From Minutocellus sp. GHC0000111 (lineage: Eukaryota), in NCBI GenBank assembly GCA_977018835.1, contig OZ361259.1:3162001-3226000 (forward strand): a DNA stretch of 64,000 nucleotides, given 5' to 3'. Both the position numbers and the translations under genes were made by a program. Positions 1 through 11,278 of this stretch are shown here, piece after piece (positions within the stretch are counted from its first letter, which is position 1; each line of letters begins with the position of its first letter). The notes beneath the pieces are model-generated. The model had not been told where the DNA came from and did not search any database. It worked only from the letters and a program-made list of their open reading frames with translations.

Positions 1-530
1 AACTTCTTACTGTCGGCGTCGCCATCTCCACCGCTGCCGTCCTCGTTTACCAGACAGGTTGTCGCCACGGGCAGTCCGACCATCTCCACACCAGCGTCCA
101 ATAGGGACAAAACAGACGCATTCAGCGCCGTACCGATGGCACTTCCATCGCTCTTGAGAATCTGGACCACGACCTCGATGACCGTGCGGGGGTAGGCTTC
201 GGTCCGGATGGTCGCGGCGAGGGCATCGGCCAGAAACCGCTCAACCTCCCTCTCCGTCGCACCGTACGCAGCCTTGGCAGAGCCGGCATCGTCCGAAGAA
301 GACGAGGAGTGACGAAATATGACGCTGACGACGGCCCCGTCGGACCGTTCCCGTGAGGGGTTGCGAGGTGCGAGAGGACCGTAACAGGCAGCTAAGACTG
401 TCGTCGATCCCGACGAGAGGGAGGCCGAGCCGTCGGCGCGATGAAGGGTCGATACCTCCGCAGCGAGGGGGCGGAGGGAACCGTTGGTTTGGCGCCCGTC
501 GGGGCGACGGCGCTTCTGGGTTGCTGCCAT
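1..530 (-). CDS. RRP46: Exosome complex component RRP46/EXOSC5 (RNase PH family), 3' end outside the window
   Basis: Not in the ORF track. Manual translation from ATG at 530: MAATQKRRRPDGRQTNGSLRPLAAEVSTLHRADGSASLSSGSTTVLAACYGP...YPRTVIEVVVQILKSDGSAIGTALNASVLSLLDAGVEM. These are RNase PH-family motifs and the frame is open to the window edge. Confidence 0.85.
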   Translation of the reverse strand, partial: MAATQKRRRPDGRQTNGSLRPLAAEVSTLHRADGSASLSSGSTTVLAACYGPLAPRNPSRERSDGAVVSVIFRHSSSSSDDAGSAKAAYGATEREVERFLADALAATIRTEAYPRTVIEVVVQILKSDGSAIGTALNASVLSLLDAGVEMVGLPVATTCLVNEDGSGGDGDADSKK

Positions 531-779
531 TGTTGTCAGGTCAAAAATGAAGGGTGGACGCGACGACGCGCGACGGAGCGGCGGCGACGAACGAAACGAA
601 CACATGACAGACCAAATAAATCAATCCCAACAAACTTGACAGACCAAATCCCGAGAGCAAAAATGAGGCGATTTTGCAATTTGCGATATGGTTGGGCTCT
701 CATCATCAGCCCCCTTGTTGTTGTGATTGCTGTGCGAGTCGAATCAATCTCTTCAATTTTGAGACACTTGCTAGCTAGT

Positions 780-1820
780 ATGGACTTCTACCGCGAGTGG
801 CGACAGGAGAGCAATCCCTGGAGGGAGGCACATAAATCAGATGCAGAGGAGGAAGGGGGCAAATTCGTCACCTCGTTCCTCTGGTTCTTTGCTACTTTTG
901 CCGCGTTGAACGTGGCGGGTCAATTCCTCGGCAATAGATGTCCAGAATCTCCCTTATCTACCCGTCCAACAGTTTTGGCTGGTACCTTTCATGCCCTGGC
1001 AACATCGGTGATATCGATATATCTGTTGGTTGTGCATCCACGCAAAGGAGATCCGGAAGACCATGCCCATAATCTTAGCGACGCAGAGCCTACAATCCTT
1101 ATTGACTGGTCCATGTGGCAGACGGTTGCCATACCTCTGTCGTTGTCCTACTTTGCGGCAGATGCCGTATGGTACTGCCTCCCGAGGTCAGACGGACTCA
1201 TCTTCTTCCATCATGTCATCATGTGTTTCTGCCATTATCCCATCATCAATCGTGCCGGTGCGACTCTGGCCGGTGGTGGAGACGCCACCTTTAGCACCTG
1301 GTTGTCCGTAATTGGGTATACGTCAGAGGTCTCAACATGCCTAATGAATTATAGATGGTATCTGCTGCAAACTCTTGACAGAGACTGGATCGGATTTGCC
1401 ATCGTGAACATTTTGGTGGTGATATCTTGGGCATATCGGATTGTCCTCTTTTCATATCTGCTGCTGTGGGAGATCATACCCAGAACACCACAATACGTGG
1501 AAACCAAACAACTCCTGACGTACGCGATAATGTTTAGTGGCCATGCAATCATCGGCGCGCTGTCGGTGTATTGGCTCCGGCTCATGTTGAAAGGTGGTCT
1601 AAAGTCACTGCTAACCTTTCGTAAAAAGAAGAGAAGGACATTGCAAGATGGTGGTGGAGGCTTTTCCTTTGGGGATGACATCGGCTTGGAAAGTAGCGTG
1701 CAAGACCAAACGATGGACCATGGTTTGCATTTGATACAGCAGGGTGTGGATGAAGCCAAGGGTTACGTCGATGGCACTCTCTTTAATCCGAGTAGCAATT
1801 CCAAGCATAAGGCATCATAA
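780..1820 (+). CDS. TLC (TRAM/LAG1/CLN8) domain membrane protein
   Basis: Likely start MDFYREW at 780; several hydrophobic helices; TLC-type motifs FHA, SYFAAD, FFHH, EVSTCLMNYRW. Confidence 0.75.
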   Translation: MDFYREWRQESNPWREAHKSDAEEEGGKFVTSFLWFFATFAALNVAGQFLGNRCPESPLSTRPTVLAGTFHALATSVISIYLLVVHPRKGDPEDHAHNLSDAEPTILIDWSMWQTVAIPLSLSYFAADAVWYCLPRSDGLIFFHHVIMCFCHYPIINRAGATLAGGGDATFSTWLSVIGYTSEVSTCLMNYRWYLLQTLDRDWIGFAIVNILVVISWAYRIVLFSYLLLWEIIPRTPQYVETKQLLTYAIMFSGHAIIGALSVYWLRLMLKGGLKSLLTFRKKKRRTLQDGGGGFSFGDDIGLESSVQDQTMDHGLHLIQQGVDEAKGYVDGTLFNPSSNSKHKAS

Positions 1821-2599
1821 TAGATGCTGGCCTACCGGCACATAATGTAAAGTTATTTATACTTGATAGCTTGTTTTTATTGACATATGAATTTTACTCT
1901 TGCTTTCATGACCTCATTTATTGAAGGAGGCTGTCATATCGTTAGCTTACTTTTGTGATAGAGTGATTGTGTCTGTACAATGTCACGGGAGCGGCATCTT
2001 TCCTTTTCGGTAGCAGGTGCAGCACTTGTGTGGCCACACCACGAGTCTCCCCCGGTGGCCCTAGGCGGCGGTTTGAGGGAATTTAAAACTAACTAACTAC
2101 TGAGAGAGAGAGAGACAGGCTCTGGGAGCCGGTACTATAAGCTGACTTAGCAATTGCAACGGCAGCAATCGCAGATGGTTGTGGCTTGGTCAGTTGAGAC
2201 GAGAGGAGGCGAAGGTGGTGGTCAGCAGAAAAACTGGGCACTACAGGAATGCAGTTTTAGTGCCTGCTGCTAACCACCGTCGCCAGCTCATCCCCACCGT
2301 GCGGCACCCACAACGATGATACATCGAACACAGTACCTCCCTCCGCTGATTCTCCCAAATCTATGCAACTTAGTAGAACATGAAATGCAGTTTAACTACG
2401 TGAACTGGAGCTGGCATTGGCGGTAAATGAAACTTCTTAGAGGGTGAGGTCCCTCTCCCCCTCCTCCTTTCCGTAGCACAGATCGGCGGCCAATAATGTG
2501 TGTCGTGCTTAGGTGAACAGGGCGAAGGGGGGCATTGGAGTCCCGAAGCCGGCATTTGTTGATGCCTGCGAAGGATTGGCGGCAATGTGGGGTCCTTGA

Positions 2600-4597
2600 G
2601 GACGGTCTGGACGGGGACCTTGAAATCGTCGGTGACGAACTCCTGCACGAAGCTGTAGCCCATGACCTCCTCGGTGGTGTAGCCGACAAGTCGCATGGCA
2701 CACACTGATTCCACACGTTGACCTTGCCATCGATGTCGACACCGAAGATGGGAGCCTCACGCTCCTGGGCGATGCGGCCGGTAATGTCCTGACCGATGCC
2801 GACCACGCCGATGATCTTGCCGCCGGGATTACGCCGAGCGGTGGCGTTCAGCAGCACCTCGACACGGGCGCCGGCCTTGGTCATCAGGGGGAACTCGAAG
2901 TTGGCCGTCTCGTCGCCGCGGAGGGCACGGTCCAGAACGGCCTGGACGGAGGCCTGATAGTCCCTCGTGATGAATTCTGTTTGTTGCGATGAGAAGGTGG
3001 CAACGTTGCAAAATCAGTGAGCTTCGGTAGGCAAGCATCAAATAAATCTATGGAACCAAAATGCGACAGTAACAACAAGAAACTTACCCTTGACGAGCTC
3101 GTGGCCCATAACCTCGGAGGGGGTGTAGCCGACCAGACGGGAGGCACATTGATTCCTGCATGCCAAAATTGCAAGATGGAAACATAGAATCCATGAGAGG
3201 CGTGAACACACACGTATGTGTATATGTGCACATATATATATATCCACAAATCAAATCAAAACATGCATGTGTGAGATAAACTGCCACCACTCACCACACG
3301 TTGACCCTGCCCTGCCGATCGACGCCAAAGATGGGAGCATTGGCGCTGTCAATCAGATTGGAATAGTGCGGCTCCAAATTGGAATCGATGAGGTTGGACG
3401 TTTCATAGGAATGATACATAATCCCCGTCGCCGCCCACCGGGGCATAATCCTGGGGACTGACGGCCATCTCCTCCAACTCCTCGAAGCGGCGCGACAGCG
3501 TCCGGAGGTCCTCCTCGTGCTCGATCTGCATGATGATGTCGTCGTCCGGGAAGGGATCCTTGATGCTCTTGGCGACGTTGGAGTTGGTGGAGTTGTTGGT
3601 GGTGCTGCCGTTGCCGTTGGAAGACGAGGAGTTGGAGGCGGGGTTGGACGAGCTGGAGCTACCACCAAAGATGGACCGGATGGTGTTGCCCACGGTGCCC
3701 CCGTCGGTGGTGTTGGGTTTGGTAGTAGTTGATGTAGCGGTGGTGGCACCGGCATCGTCCCCATCCATGGGGTTGGAGGAGGTCGTGGGAGCAGCAGGAG
3801 CCCCGACGGCCCTGGACGAGTAGCTAGCTGGTGTGCTGAATCAGGCTGGAATCGGTGGGAACACCTCCCTGGGTGTGACCGGGGGCGAACAATCTGCGGA
3901 AAATCACGCATCTGTCCCGGACGCCCTGCTCGTCCGGTCCGGTCGAGTCCTTGGACTCGCTCGAGCTGGACGCCTTGGTGTCGATGGCCATGGCGGCGAT
4001 CAAGGATTCGCGGGCCTGCCTGACGAAAGCACTCGCGGGAGCGCTCCTTGAACACCTCGGCGGCTTCGCGGCGGACGGACCGCCGTTCGCCCTCGAGGTT
4101 GAAGGTGGCCGACGACTTGTTCCGGGCGTGCGCGTTGGAGCCGGGTTTGCCGTGATGGGCGGCCTGCTCGGCGGCCTGGTCGTCCCGGCGATGGCGGACG
4201 CGGGCGTTGTGCTCGGCCTCCTTGGCGAGGAGGGCGTCCGACCGACGCTTGAGCATGACGGAGGCCCTTCCAAAGGAGTCGGACGCCCCCCACATGTCGT
4301 CGTTGTGGGCCTGCTGGTTGAGCCCGCGTTGAATTAGCGCAAAGGGATCGGACTCGTCGATGGTCGAATCGACGGAGAAGGAGGCCGTAAGCGCGGCAGT
4401 GCCGTGGAGGGAGGCTGCGGGAGGGGAGGTGGGGGAGGAGTTGCCACCGTTGGCGCCATTGCCTCCGGCAAGTCCCAGTGTGGACTTGTCGTTCGGATCA
4501 CCGGAAAATGGATTGACCGTGTCGGAAACCCGTCGAACCGAACCAACGCCCACGCCCGGACCGCTCGCCGCCGGGGGGAGCGGTGCTGGCCCGACAT
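2600..4597 (-). pseudogene. Truncated, frameshifted multi-PAS sensor protein gene
   Basis: PAS repeats (LIDSANAPIFGVD..GRVNVWNQCASRLVGY...ANFEFPLMTK..VEVLLNAT...VVGIGQDIT). GT-AG introns 3294-3156 and 3087-2977 splice in frame. Frameshifts near 4575, 4028, 3825, 3405 and 2703; a short deletion at the start of the second PAS repeat; similarity stops near 2600. Confidence 0.8.
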
Positions 4598-5561
4598 GGT
4601 TTATTTATAAATGACTTTTTGGGGTCTGTTGTGTGCGTTCGTTGAGTTGAATTGCAATGTCTGATAAATCAGAATCTCGTCTTCTGCCCTTCGGACACAA
4701 CTGTATCTTTCTGTCACCGGCTGATGGAAATCAATCGATCGATCGAGAACCCCTCGCGCCAAAAATAACCAACACACGAGACGTGCTGGAATCTCTCCAA
4801 AATGCGAAACTAATCAAAGACACGAAACACAAGATATGCGCAGCAGCCACTCTGCGGGTATCTTCCAAGATTGTATCTTCAATTGGGATTGCGGATAAGT
4901 AAAAATGGGATCGATCGTTGAGAGGGCGAATTTGGGCATGGGCCGTTTTTCGAAGCCAGGGTGTGTCTGTGGCCGGATTTTTGCGACAAGAAAGATACTC
5001 TTTGGTCAATAATTCCAAATTCTGAAATCTTTTCTCATTTACGAGTTTTATTCTGTGGATTTTATTGATATAAGTAATAAATATCATATGAAATTTCGAT
5101 AAAATAATATAGTGTAGCTCTGTAAATGTCATGACATCATTTCGAAGCCCCCTCAAAAGCTCAATGGGAACAACGTTTCAGTCCCAATACTTATGCCCGC
5201 GGTGACACCGAAAGTCGGACAGAAAGAGAGGCGAGGACAAAAGATTGTTTGACTTTTTGATTTTATGCGCAGGCGGTCATGACCACTTCCTTTTGATCCA
5301 TTCTTGCCACCACGACGTCCAGAAGGAACAATACTGGTAAGAGAAGTGCCAGTGCATCTCTGCAAATCGACGAGACTGCGTCTCATGTCGCAGATCAGCA
5401 AAAGTTGCCAGAACTTGCGCTTTCCGCCTCTCAAAGCCCATCACCTTCCGCGCGCCTGCTTTCGGTTCTTCCATACCATCCTCCTCCGAACTTTCACTGG
5501 CATTTCGTAGACCCTGACTACTGCGACGCGATCCAAAGACCATCAAAGCGTCAACGGGGAA

Positions 5562-5900
5562 ATGCTGCTGTATATTTTGCCTTGCCCTAACCCTTACTGC
5601 CTGATTGAGCGTCTTTACAGAGAAAGAGACTATTTCGCCCAGAAGCAACATGAAGCGGAGGGAAAGTTGATGAGCGAACGCATAAAGAATTCCAAACCAG
5701 TGGGGGACAAAGCAGTCCTACCTAAAATGCGCCAAAAAGCGCTCGACGAGATAAAACATGAGTTGGAGGAGGCCAATGAGCTGGTCAAACAGCAAACGCT
5801 AACGACAGATATCTGGCAGGGTCGATTCGATGAAGTTGCTCAGTTAGCTCTGAAGGCCGGTATAGATCCGGAAACGATAAACGAAATTCGCTACAGATGA
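5562..5900 (+). CDS. Small hypothetical coiled-coil protein, probably the 3' part of a frameshifted gene
   Basis: Charged helical ORF (ALDEIKHELEEANELVKQQ...). Coding-like sequence upstream lies in another frame. No recognised domain. Confidence 0.3.
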   Translation: MLLYILPCPNPYCLIERLYRERDYFAQKQHEAEGKLMSERIKNSKPVGDKAVLPKMRQKALDEIKHELEEANELVKQQTLTTDIWQGRFDEVAQLALKAGIDPETINEIRYR

Positions 5901-6232
5901 AATTGCGCATTTGGACCTCTAGGCCAAGCGAAAATGCGCCAGTTTCTCCTCCTTCGTTGGGCATTTATCTGGATGCTTCGTGGAGGTCAACACCAGAAAT
6001 ATCACAATAGTCGAAAATAATAATAGTCGTTCTCGGCGTTCTCATTAGTAGTCACAAGCTAAGGCTTGCAAAGGAATTAGGTCATGGCGTCGTGCAAAAG
6101 CTCCTTCATACGCTGTCTCTTTGGCTCCAGATCAACCCCGAAGTTGTCCGACGCGGTCCTCATAAAATGCGATTGGGTAGCCTTGTCAAGATTGACACAT
6201 CTGACTTACGCGTGGACCCAACGAGTGTTTTG

Positions 6233-8317
6233 TCAGTTTGAAGCTTCTGTCCATCGATTTTTTTCGAACATCTCCACTTCATTCTTTTCATCGGACAATC
6301 CCACCTTAGCGGCCTTAGAGCCCTGTATATTGCCCTCCTCATCCATGACAACAAACAGCTCCGTATCCCGACCGTCGATAATTTTTCGCCCGACACTTTC
6401 ATCTTCGCCCTCGGATTTCGCCACCGAAGCTTTCCTTGCAGATTTGGCCATTCTATTGCGACTAGCGGCATACTCAGGCCCCTGCATAGCTTCGGCAATA
6501 GCTTCGTCGATGCTAGAGGATGATTGCCTGTCGCGATTCCTCTTCTTGGTACGCTTCTCTCTGCTACTTATCTTCTGGTCGCCGCCACCTTCGCTGGTGG
6601 TAGCGATTGCATCAAGGGCTTCTTCAATTCCAAGAGAGTTCTCGAGGCGCTCAATCAAGCCAACGGTACGCTTAACGTGAGCTACATGTTCTTCGTTATG
6701 CTCGAAGCCCTTGTCTTGCGTGCGATGATAAATTTTCATGACATCGTCTCCAGAACGATAGGGAATGAAGTGTGCCAAGAAGTCGAAACCCTTTTCCAAA
6801 ACTGCAGCGTACACACAAATATCCCTCTCTTGCAAGGAAACCGGCAACTTATCACCAGTTTTGTTCTCAAGGAGATTTCCTTCTCCCTGAAAGTTGCGAT
6901 AAAGATGGCGGATCAGGTTCCTATGATTTGGATCATCTCTCACTAGACCGCACTCTTTGGGTAGGGCGTCGATTAACATCCCAGCACCTTCTTGGTTCTC
7001 GAGGAGGTGAAGTACAATGGAAGGAGTGAGGCCATTCTTTGCTGGGTAAATTTTTCCAAGCCATTTCGCGTTGGCATAAGGCGAAATGAAGGACAGAGCA
7101 CACTTTTTGATCAGGTCGACCGCGTCTTTAGGTTCCTCAGTTGCAGCATTGGCTTCTTCTTCATCTTCATCCTCGCTTGATTCTAATTTGCTTCCTTTCC
7201 GTCGGCCTTGCCCATCAAGTCCAGTGCCATTCTGGTCGCCGCCACCTTCGCCGACGGTAGCAATTGCATCAAGGGCTTCCTTTGGCACCTCATCACCAAG
7301 TATCTGGAACTGTTGATGCAAGCTCAAATCGAACGATTCTTGCTCTCCATCATCATATAGGAAGGTGTAAGTGTGTGGCCATCGTCGTCCGTGCCTCGCA
7401 ATGATTGTGGCGGGACAGTGCACATTGTCCAGCGGCCAAAAGATCCCAACTCTTGATCCAACACCTACCTGCTCTAGACGGTTATTTAGATCGGATCTGC
7501 GAGTGATTCTAGTCGAGCCGATTATAACTCCATTTGAAGCTTCGCAATTTTCTTTACTTTCTTTCTGCTTCTTTTCTCTGCGCTTGCTATGAGTATGAAC
7601 ATCCCGGTGAAAATTTGCAATGCGCCTTGGAGCGCTGTTTCCAAGAAACTCTTCGACTGACTGCATTTCTTCCTCTTGATGAATTAGATCTTTCAACTGC
7701 TGAGCACTTTTTCCCTCCTCAAGAGCCGTTTCGAGAAATTTTCTCTTCCGGTCTACCAATGGTACGTGAGATGTACCAGTAATCGATGCCGCCATTGCCA
7801 ATCTCTGAATGTTATCATCAGAGCCATCTCTCCATTCTGAGGAACAATGACATTGTGGCATCCTTCTTCTTGCCGCTCCTGCCTCTAAAATAAGTTCTGC
7901 GCTCGCGAACTTTCCCCCTCCATCATCTGTGTCGTCATGGCACTCTGGCTCATCATTCTTCAAGGCCACGATGGGCCGAGGCTCACTCGCAGTCGACCCG
8001 CTAGCCATCAAGCTCCTTGTAGCAGCAACATCACTGCATTTGCCAGCATCAATCTTCATGTCGACAGCGTTGAACGCAGTCATTTCCTTGCAGGTGTGGC
8101 ATTCGAACCACTTTGGCGTCTTTGCCTTGGCAGACGTCTTCGAGATGGCCACGAGCTGCCATTTATTCAAGCAAGATGCACATGTCTTGTGAGAGCACTT
8201 GGCCGACAAGGTCGGGAGGCGTGACGAGCGCTTCTCTTCATCGGTGGAGAAGAGAGACGGATCGTGATCAAAGTCATCAAAGCATACGGGGCATCGGAGC
8301 AGGTCAGAGAAATCCAT
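6233..8317 (-). CDS. RING-finger (C3HC4) plus Tudor-like domain protein; paralogue of 32020..33669
   Basis: CPVC...CSHKTCASC...CHTC RING; VGSRVGIFWPLDNVHCPATI...FLYDDGEQE Tudor-like. The N-terminal ~350 aa align by eye to the 32020 gene. Confidence 0.7.
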   Translation of the reverse strand: MDFSDLLRCPVCFDDFDHDPSLFSTDEEKRSSRLPTLSAKCSHKTCASCLNKWQLVAISKTSAKAKTPKWFECHTCKEMTAFNAVDMKIDAGKCSDVAATRSLMASGSTASEPRPIVALKNDEPECHDDTDDGGGKFASAELILEAGAARRRMPQCHCSSEWRDGSDDNIQRLAMAASITGTSHVPLVDRKRKFLETALEEGKSAQQLKDLIHQEEEMQSVEEFLGNSAPRRIANFHRDVHTHSKRREKKQKESKENCEASNGVIIGSTRITRRSDLNNRLEQVGVGSRVGIFWPLDNVHCPATIIARHGRRWPHTYTFLYDDGEQESFDLSLHQQFQILGDEVPKEALDAIATVGEGGGDQNGTGLDGQGRRKGSKLESSEDEDEEEANAATEEPKDAVDLIKKCALSFISPYANAKWLGKIYPAKNGLTPSIVLHLLENQEGAGMLIDALPKECGLVRDDPNHRNLIRHLYRNFQGEGNLLENKTGDKLPVSLQERDICVYAAVLEKGFDFLAHFIPYRSGDDVMKIYHRTQDKGFEHNEEHVAHVKRTVGLIERLENSLGIEEALDAIATTSEGGGDQKISSREKRTKKRNRDRQSSSSIDEAIAEAMQGPEYAASRNRMAKSARKASVAKSEGEDESVGRKIIDGRDTELFVVMDEEGNIQGSKAAKVGLSDEKNEVEMFEKNRWTEASN
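6575..7280. repeat. Internal ~48-bp direct repeat, two copies (~6575-6622 and ~7232-7279), encoding EALDAIAT..EGGGDQ
   Basis: ctggtcgccgccaccttcgctggtggtagcgattgcatcaagggcttc versus ctggtcgccgccaccttcgccgacggtagcaattgcatcaagggcttc. Confidence 0.85.
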
Positions 8318-8744
8318 CGTCAACGCGTTGCCGTTTGCTTTGCTGGTTGGTGCTCGGAAGAGTCAAGAGGATGGTGCGCATCACGTGTCTTTTGAGGCCG
8401 AGGAGAACTTCGCGTGACACTTCTACGTACGTACGTAGCAACTTTGACTCTGATGGCGGACGACGACCAGACGAAATTTCGGCAAATGCTCTACACAGCA
8501 CCATCTGCCAGCCGGATGACTCGCATACTTTTGGTCGCACTTTCGGTGGCCGGCCGGCGCGCGAAGCAACCGACCGGCGCGCCCAACGCGAGCCACCATG
8601 GCGCGGCAAAAATTCAAATTGCCGCCGCTGCGTGCAGAACGAAGGCGACATCTCGCGCTGGTGTGGGAGAATTACGGCACGAGACCAACCAGGTGCTCCC
8701 GACATCCTGGTGATGTTCCCGTTGGTCTCGATCCACAATTCTCC

Positions 8745-10391
8745 ATGAGCAAAACAAGTGACGGCCGCAATCCCGCGGTCAACACCGCAGACAGAGTTGC
8801 GCGGTGCAGGACGCCCTGCCTGAACTGCTCGTCCGTCTTCGCAGAAAGGAACTTCATTACTACAATTTCATCGGCAACAACAACGACTCCTTGATGAATG
8901 TGTTGGGATGCAGTCCCATCATCATGTGCGGCGCCGTCATGTGCGCTGCGGGCATCTTGGGTTTGAAGAAGAAGAAACACGAAGAAGAAGACTGCGATGT
9001 GTTTTTTGTGAGGACAGACAACCAGAATGGATGGGATGAAATGGCATCAAGACACTGCCTTGCCGACGACGTTCAGCGAACCCCATGCAAAAAGAGCGTG
9101 TTTGTTCGCCTCGGTTCTGTCAATCCTCGTGCAGCCGACGCTCTCCATGACGTGATGGATGGATGGCTTTCGACATGGTCACGGTCGAGCAACAATTTCG
9201 CCTCGAAACACCGCCGCCGCGGCTCAATTTGACGAAGGCATGTGGTGCATTCCTCAAGTCGGTCGCACCACATGTGTCGGTGGGATGTGCGGCGATGGAC
9301 TACGAAATCAACAGGCAGATGTTGCTCGAGGCCCAGAAGTTCCCTGGTGGGTGCAATGGCCAGGACGATGGGTGGGACAATGACGACGATGTTGGGACGG
9401 TGGGCACCCTGACCACGACGGAGGCCGGCGAGATCAGTGAGGACGATGACGACGAAGACGAGGACTGTGTGCCCTGTTGTGAGGACGAAGCTGACGTTGC
9501 AAGAGAGGACGCCACACATGAAGCATGCATGCAGCAGTGCTTTGAGAAGAATCGTCAGAAGCACGGTGATGGCGAGCCAGAGATGGGAGCTGTCGATGAT
9601 GCCGAGGATGACGATGCCCCTCACTTCCATTTCCTGAAAAAGGCCGGCATTGAGGCGGCCGACTCAGGTAAAACAAGGGCAGTGCTGGCAGAGTGCTGGA
9701 GAGCTTTGTCTGTTAATGTTTCTGATGGCAACAACAACAAGAAGAAACCAAGGACAACAGAGTTCATCCACCACAACACCTCCACCAAAGGAACTCTCCT
9801 AGAGCACAATCGCGAGGAAGATGGCATGACGGATGACGACATCAAAGAGCTCTGCAAAGCTTGCTCTAATTTGCTCCACACTCTTGACGCAACATGTTCC
9901 AGGTTTCTGAAATGGCACATGAAATGGGATGATGAGGCAAAGAAGGCTGTGAGAGAGCTTGAAGCATTGATTGCAAGTGCCCTCAAAAGCAAGCACGGGC
10001 AATCGGTGTTAGCACAACGCCCAAGTGGCACTTACTCGAAGATCACATCTTGGACCAACACATTTGGCTAGTGAAGAATGGATGGGGCGGCATCTGTTGG
10101 CTCGACGAATCGTTTGTAGAGCGAGCCCACCAAGAGGGCGTTAAGGAAGATCGTCGGACTCAGGGCGTCAAGGGACATGAGGCCCAACAGACGGCGCAGT
10201 TCAAGGCTGAGGAGAGGGCATCCAATCCAAAGGTTGAGGAGAGGCGGGAGCGAAACTCTCGGGTGGCAAGAACAAGGAAAAGGACAAGGACCGAAGCTGT
10301 TAAAGCAGAAACTGATGACAAGCGCCAACAAATGATCATGATGGCCACCGATGGAGATGAGGATGTAGAGATAGGAGCAGGGCATGTATAA
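8745..10391 (+). mobile_element. Degenerate, internally deleted DDE transposase remnant (Chapaev/Mirage- or Transib/RAG1-like C-terminus)
   Basis: Frameshifted ORFs. At ~10017-10133 the sequence reads TPKWHLLEDHILDQHIWLVKNGWGGICWLDESFVERAHQ, matching the K.H....H...G...E..E..HQ final-catalytic-Glu region. The first two Asp regions were not found. Element termini were not identified. Confidence 0.55.
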
Positions 10392-11278
10392 AATTAGAAA
10401 ATGAAATTACACTGCTGCTACACAACAACAAATGAAATTGCATGGTCCAACTTTTACAAACACAGTGTCGCGATTGAGCAAAAAAGTAAATGGTACACCC
10501 AAACAAACACATCACGTCCTTCTTAACTCACCCATTTATCTCCCAGACCAAAAAGTCCCTTTGTCGGGTTGATTTTTGCATAAACTTATCCCAATGCTAT
10601 CTGTCTCTCCTCGGGCGCAAAATTGTTGTCGGAATTCCGGGGGAGAGGTCGAGTGGGGATGCGATCGGTCGGGATCAGCGAGAGTCGGTCATGCGGGGGG
10701 TGCGGCGCAATCCCGGCAGTTTATCATCAACAACAACGTGGGAAAGTACCAGAGGGTCTGGGGCATCACAACGGGAGCACGACGAGCACAAAGACGGAGC
10801 AATGGTGCCACCCCAGAGAAACGAACGAACGGCCGGCCGACAGATGGAGGAAAAGTAGGCCGATGGTTCGTGGCGTTGATGCGCAGCGGAGGCCAATCTG
10901 AGGATACAGTAAGCTTCAACTATATCCAAACATGATAATGAATGCGTATTTGGTACGAAAATATAGTTATACGCCGGCGCAACGCCGACGGACCACCATG
11001 GTGTTGGACGGTCAAAGAATGGGTGACGAACGAGATTGGGTTTTGGTGGGTTTCTTCGTGACGTGTTCGTCTTCTGCCGAAAAACGCTTCATCCGACCGG
11101 CGAAACAAGACGAGATGGGGCTGTGGCTCTCATACATGTAACAAGCACGTCTTGTGATGGTATCTTTGTGGTCCTGCCTCCTGCCTCCTTCCCTGCCCTG
11201 TATTGCAAGGCCATTGAAGAGTACCAATCGCTCAGTCCGACGCATGTGTTTGTGTAGCTAAGTTTCTGCAGAGGCAGG

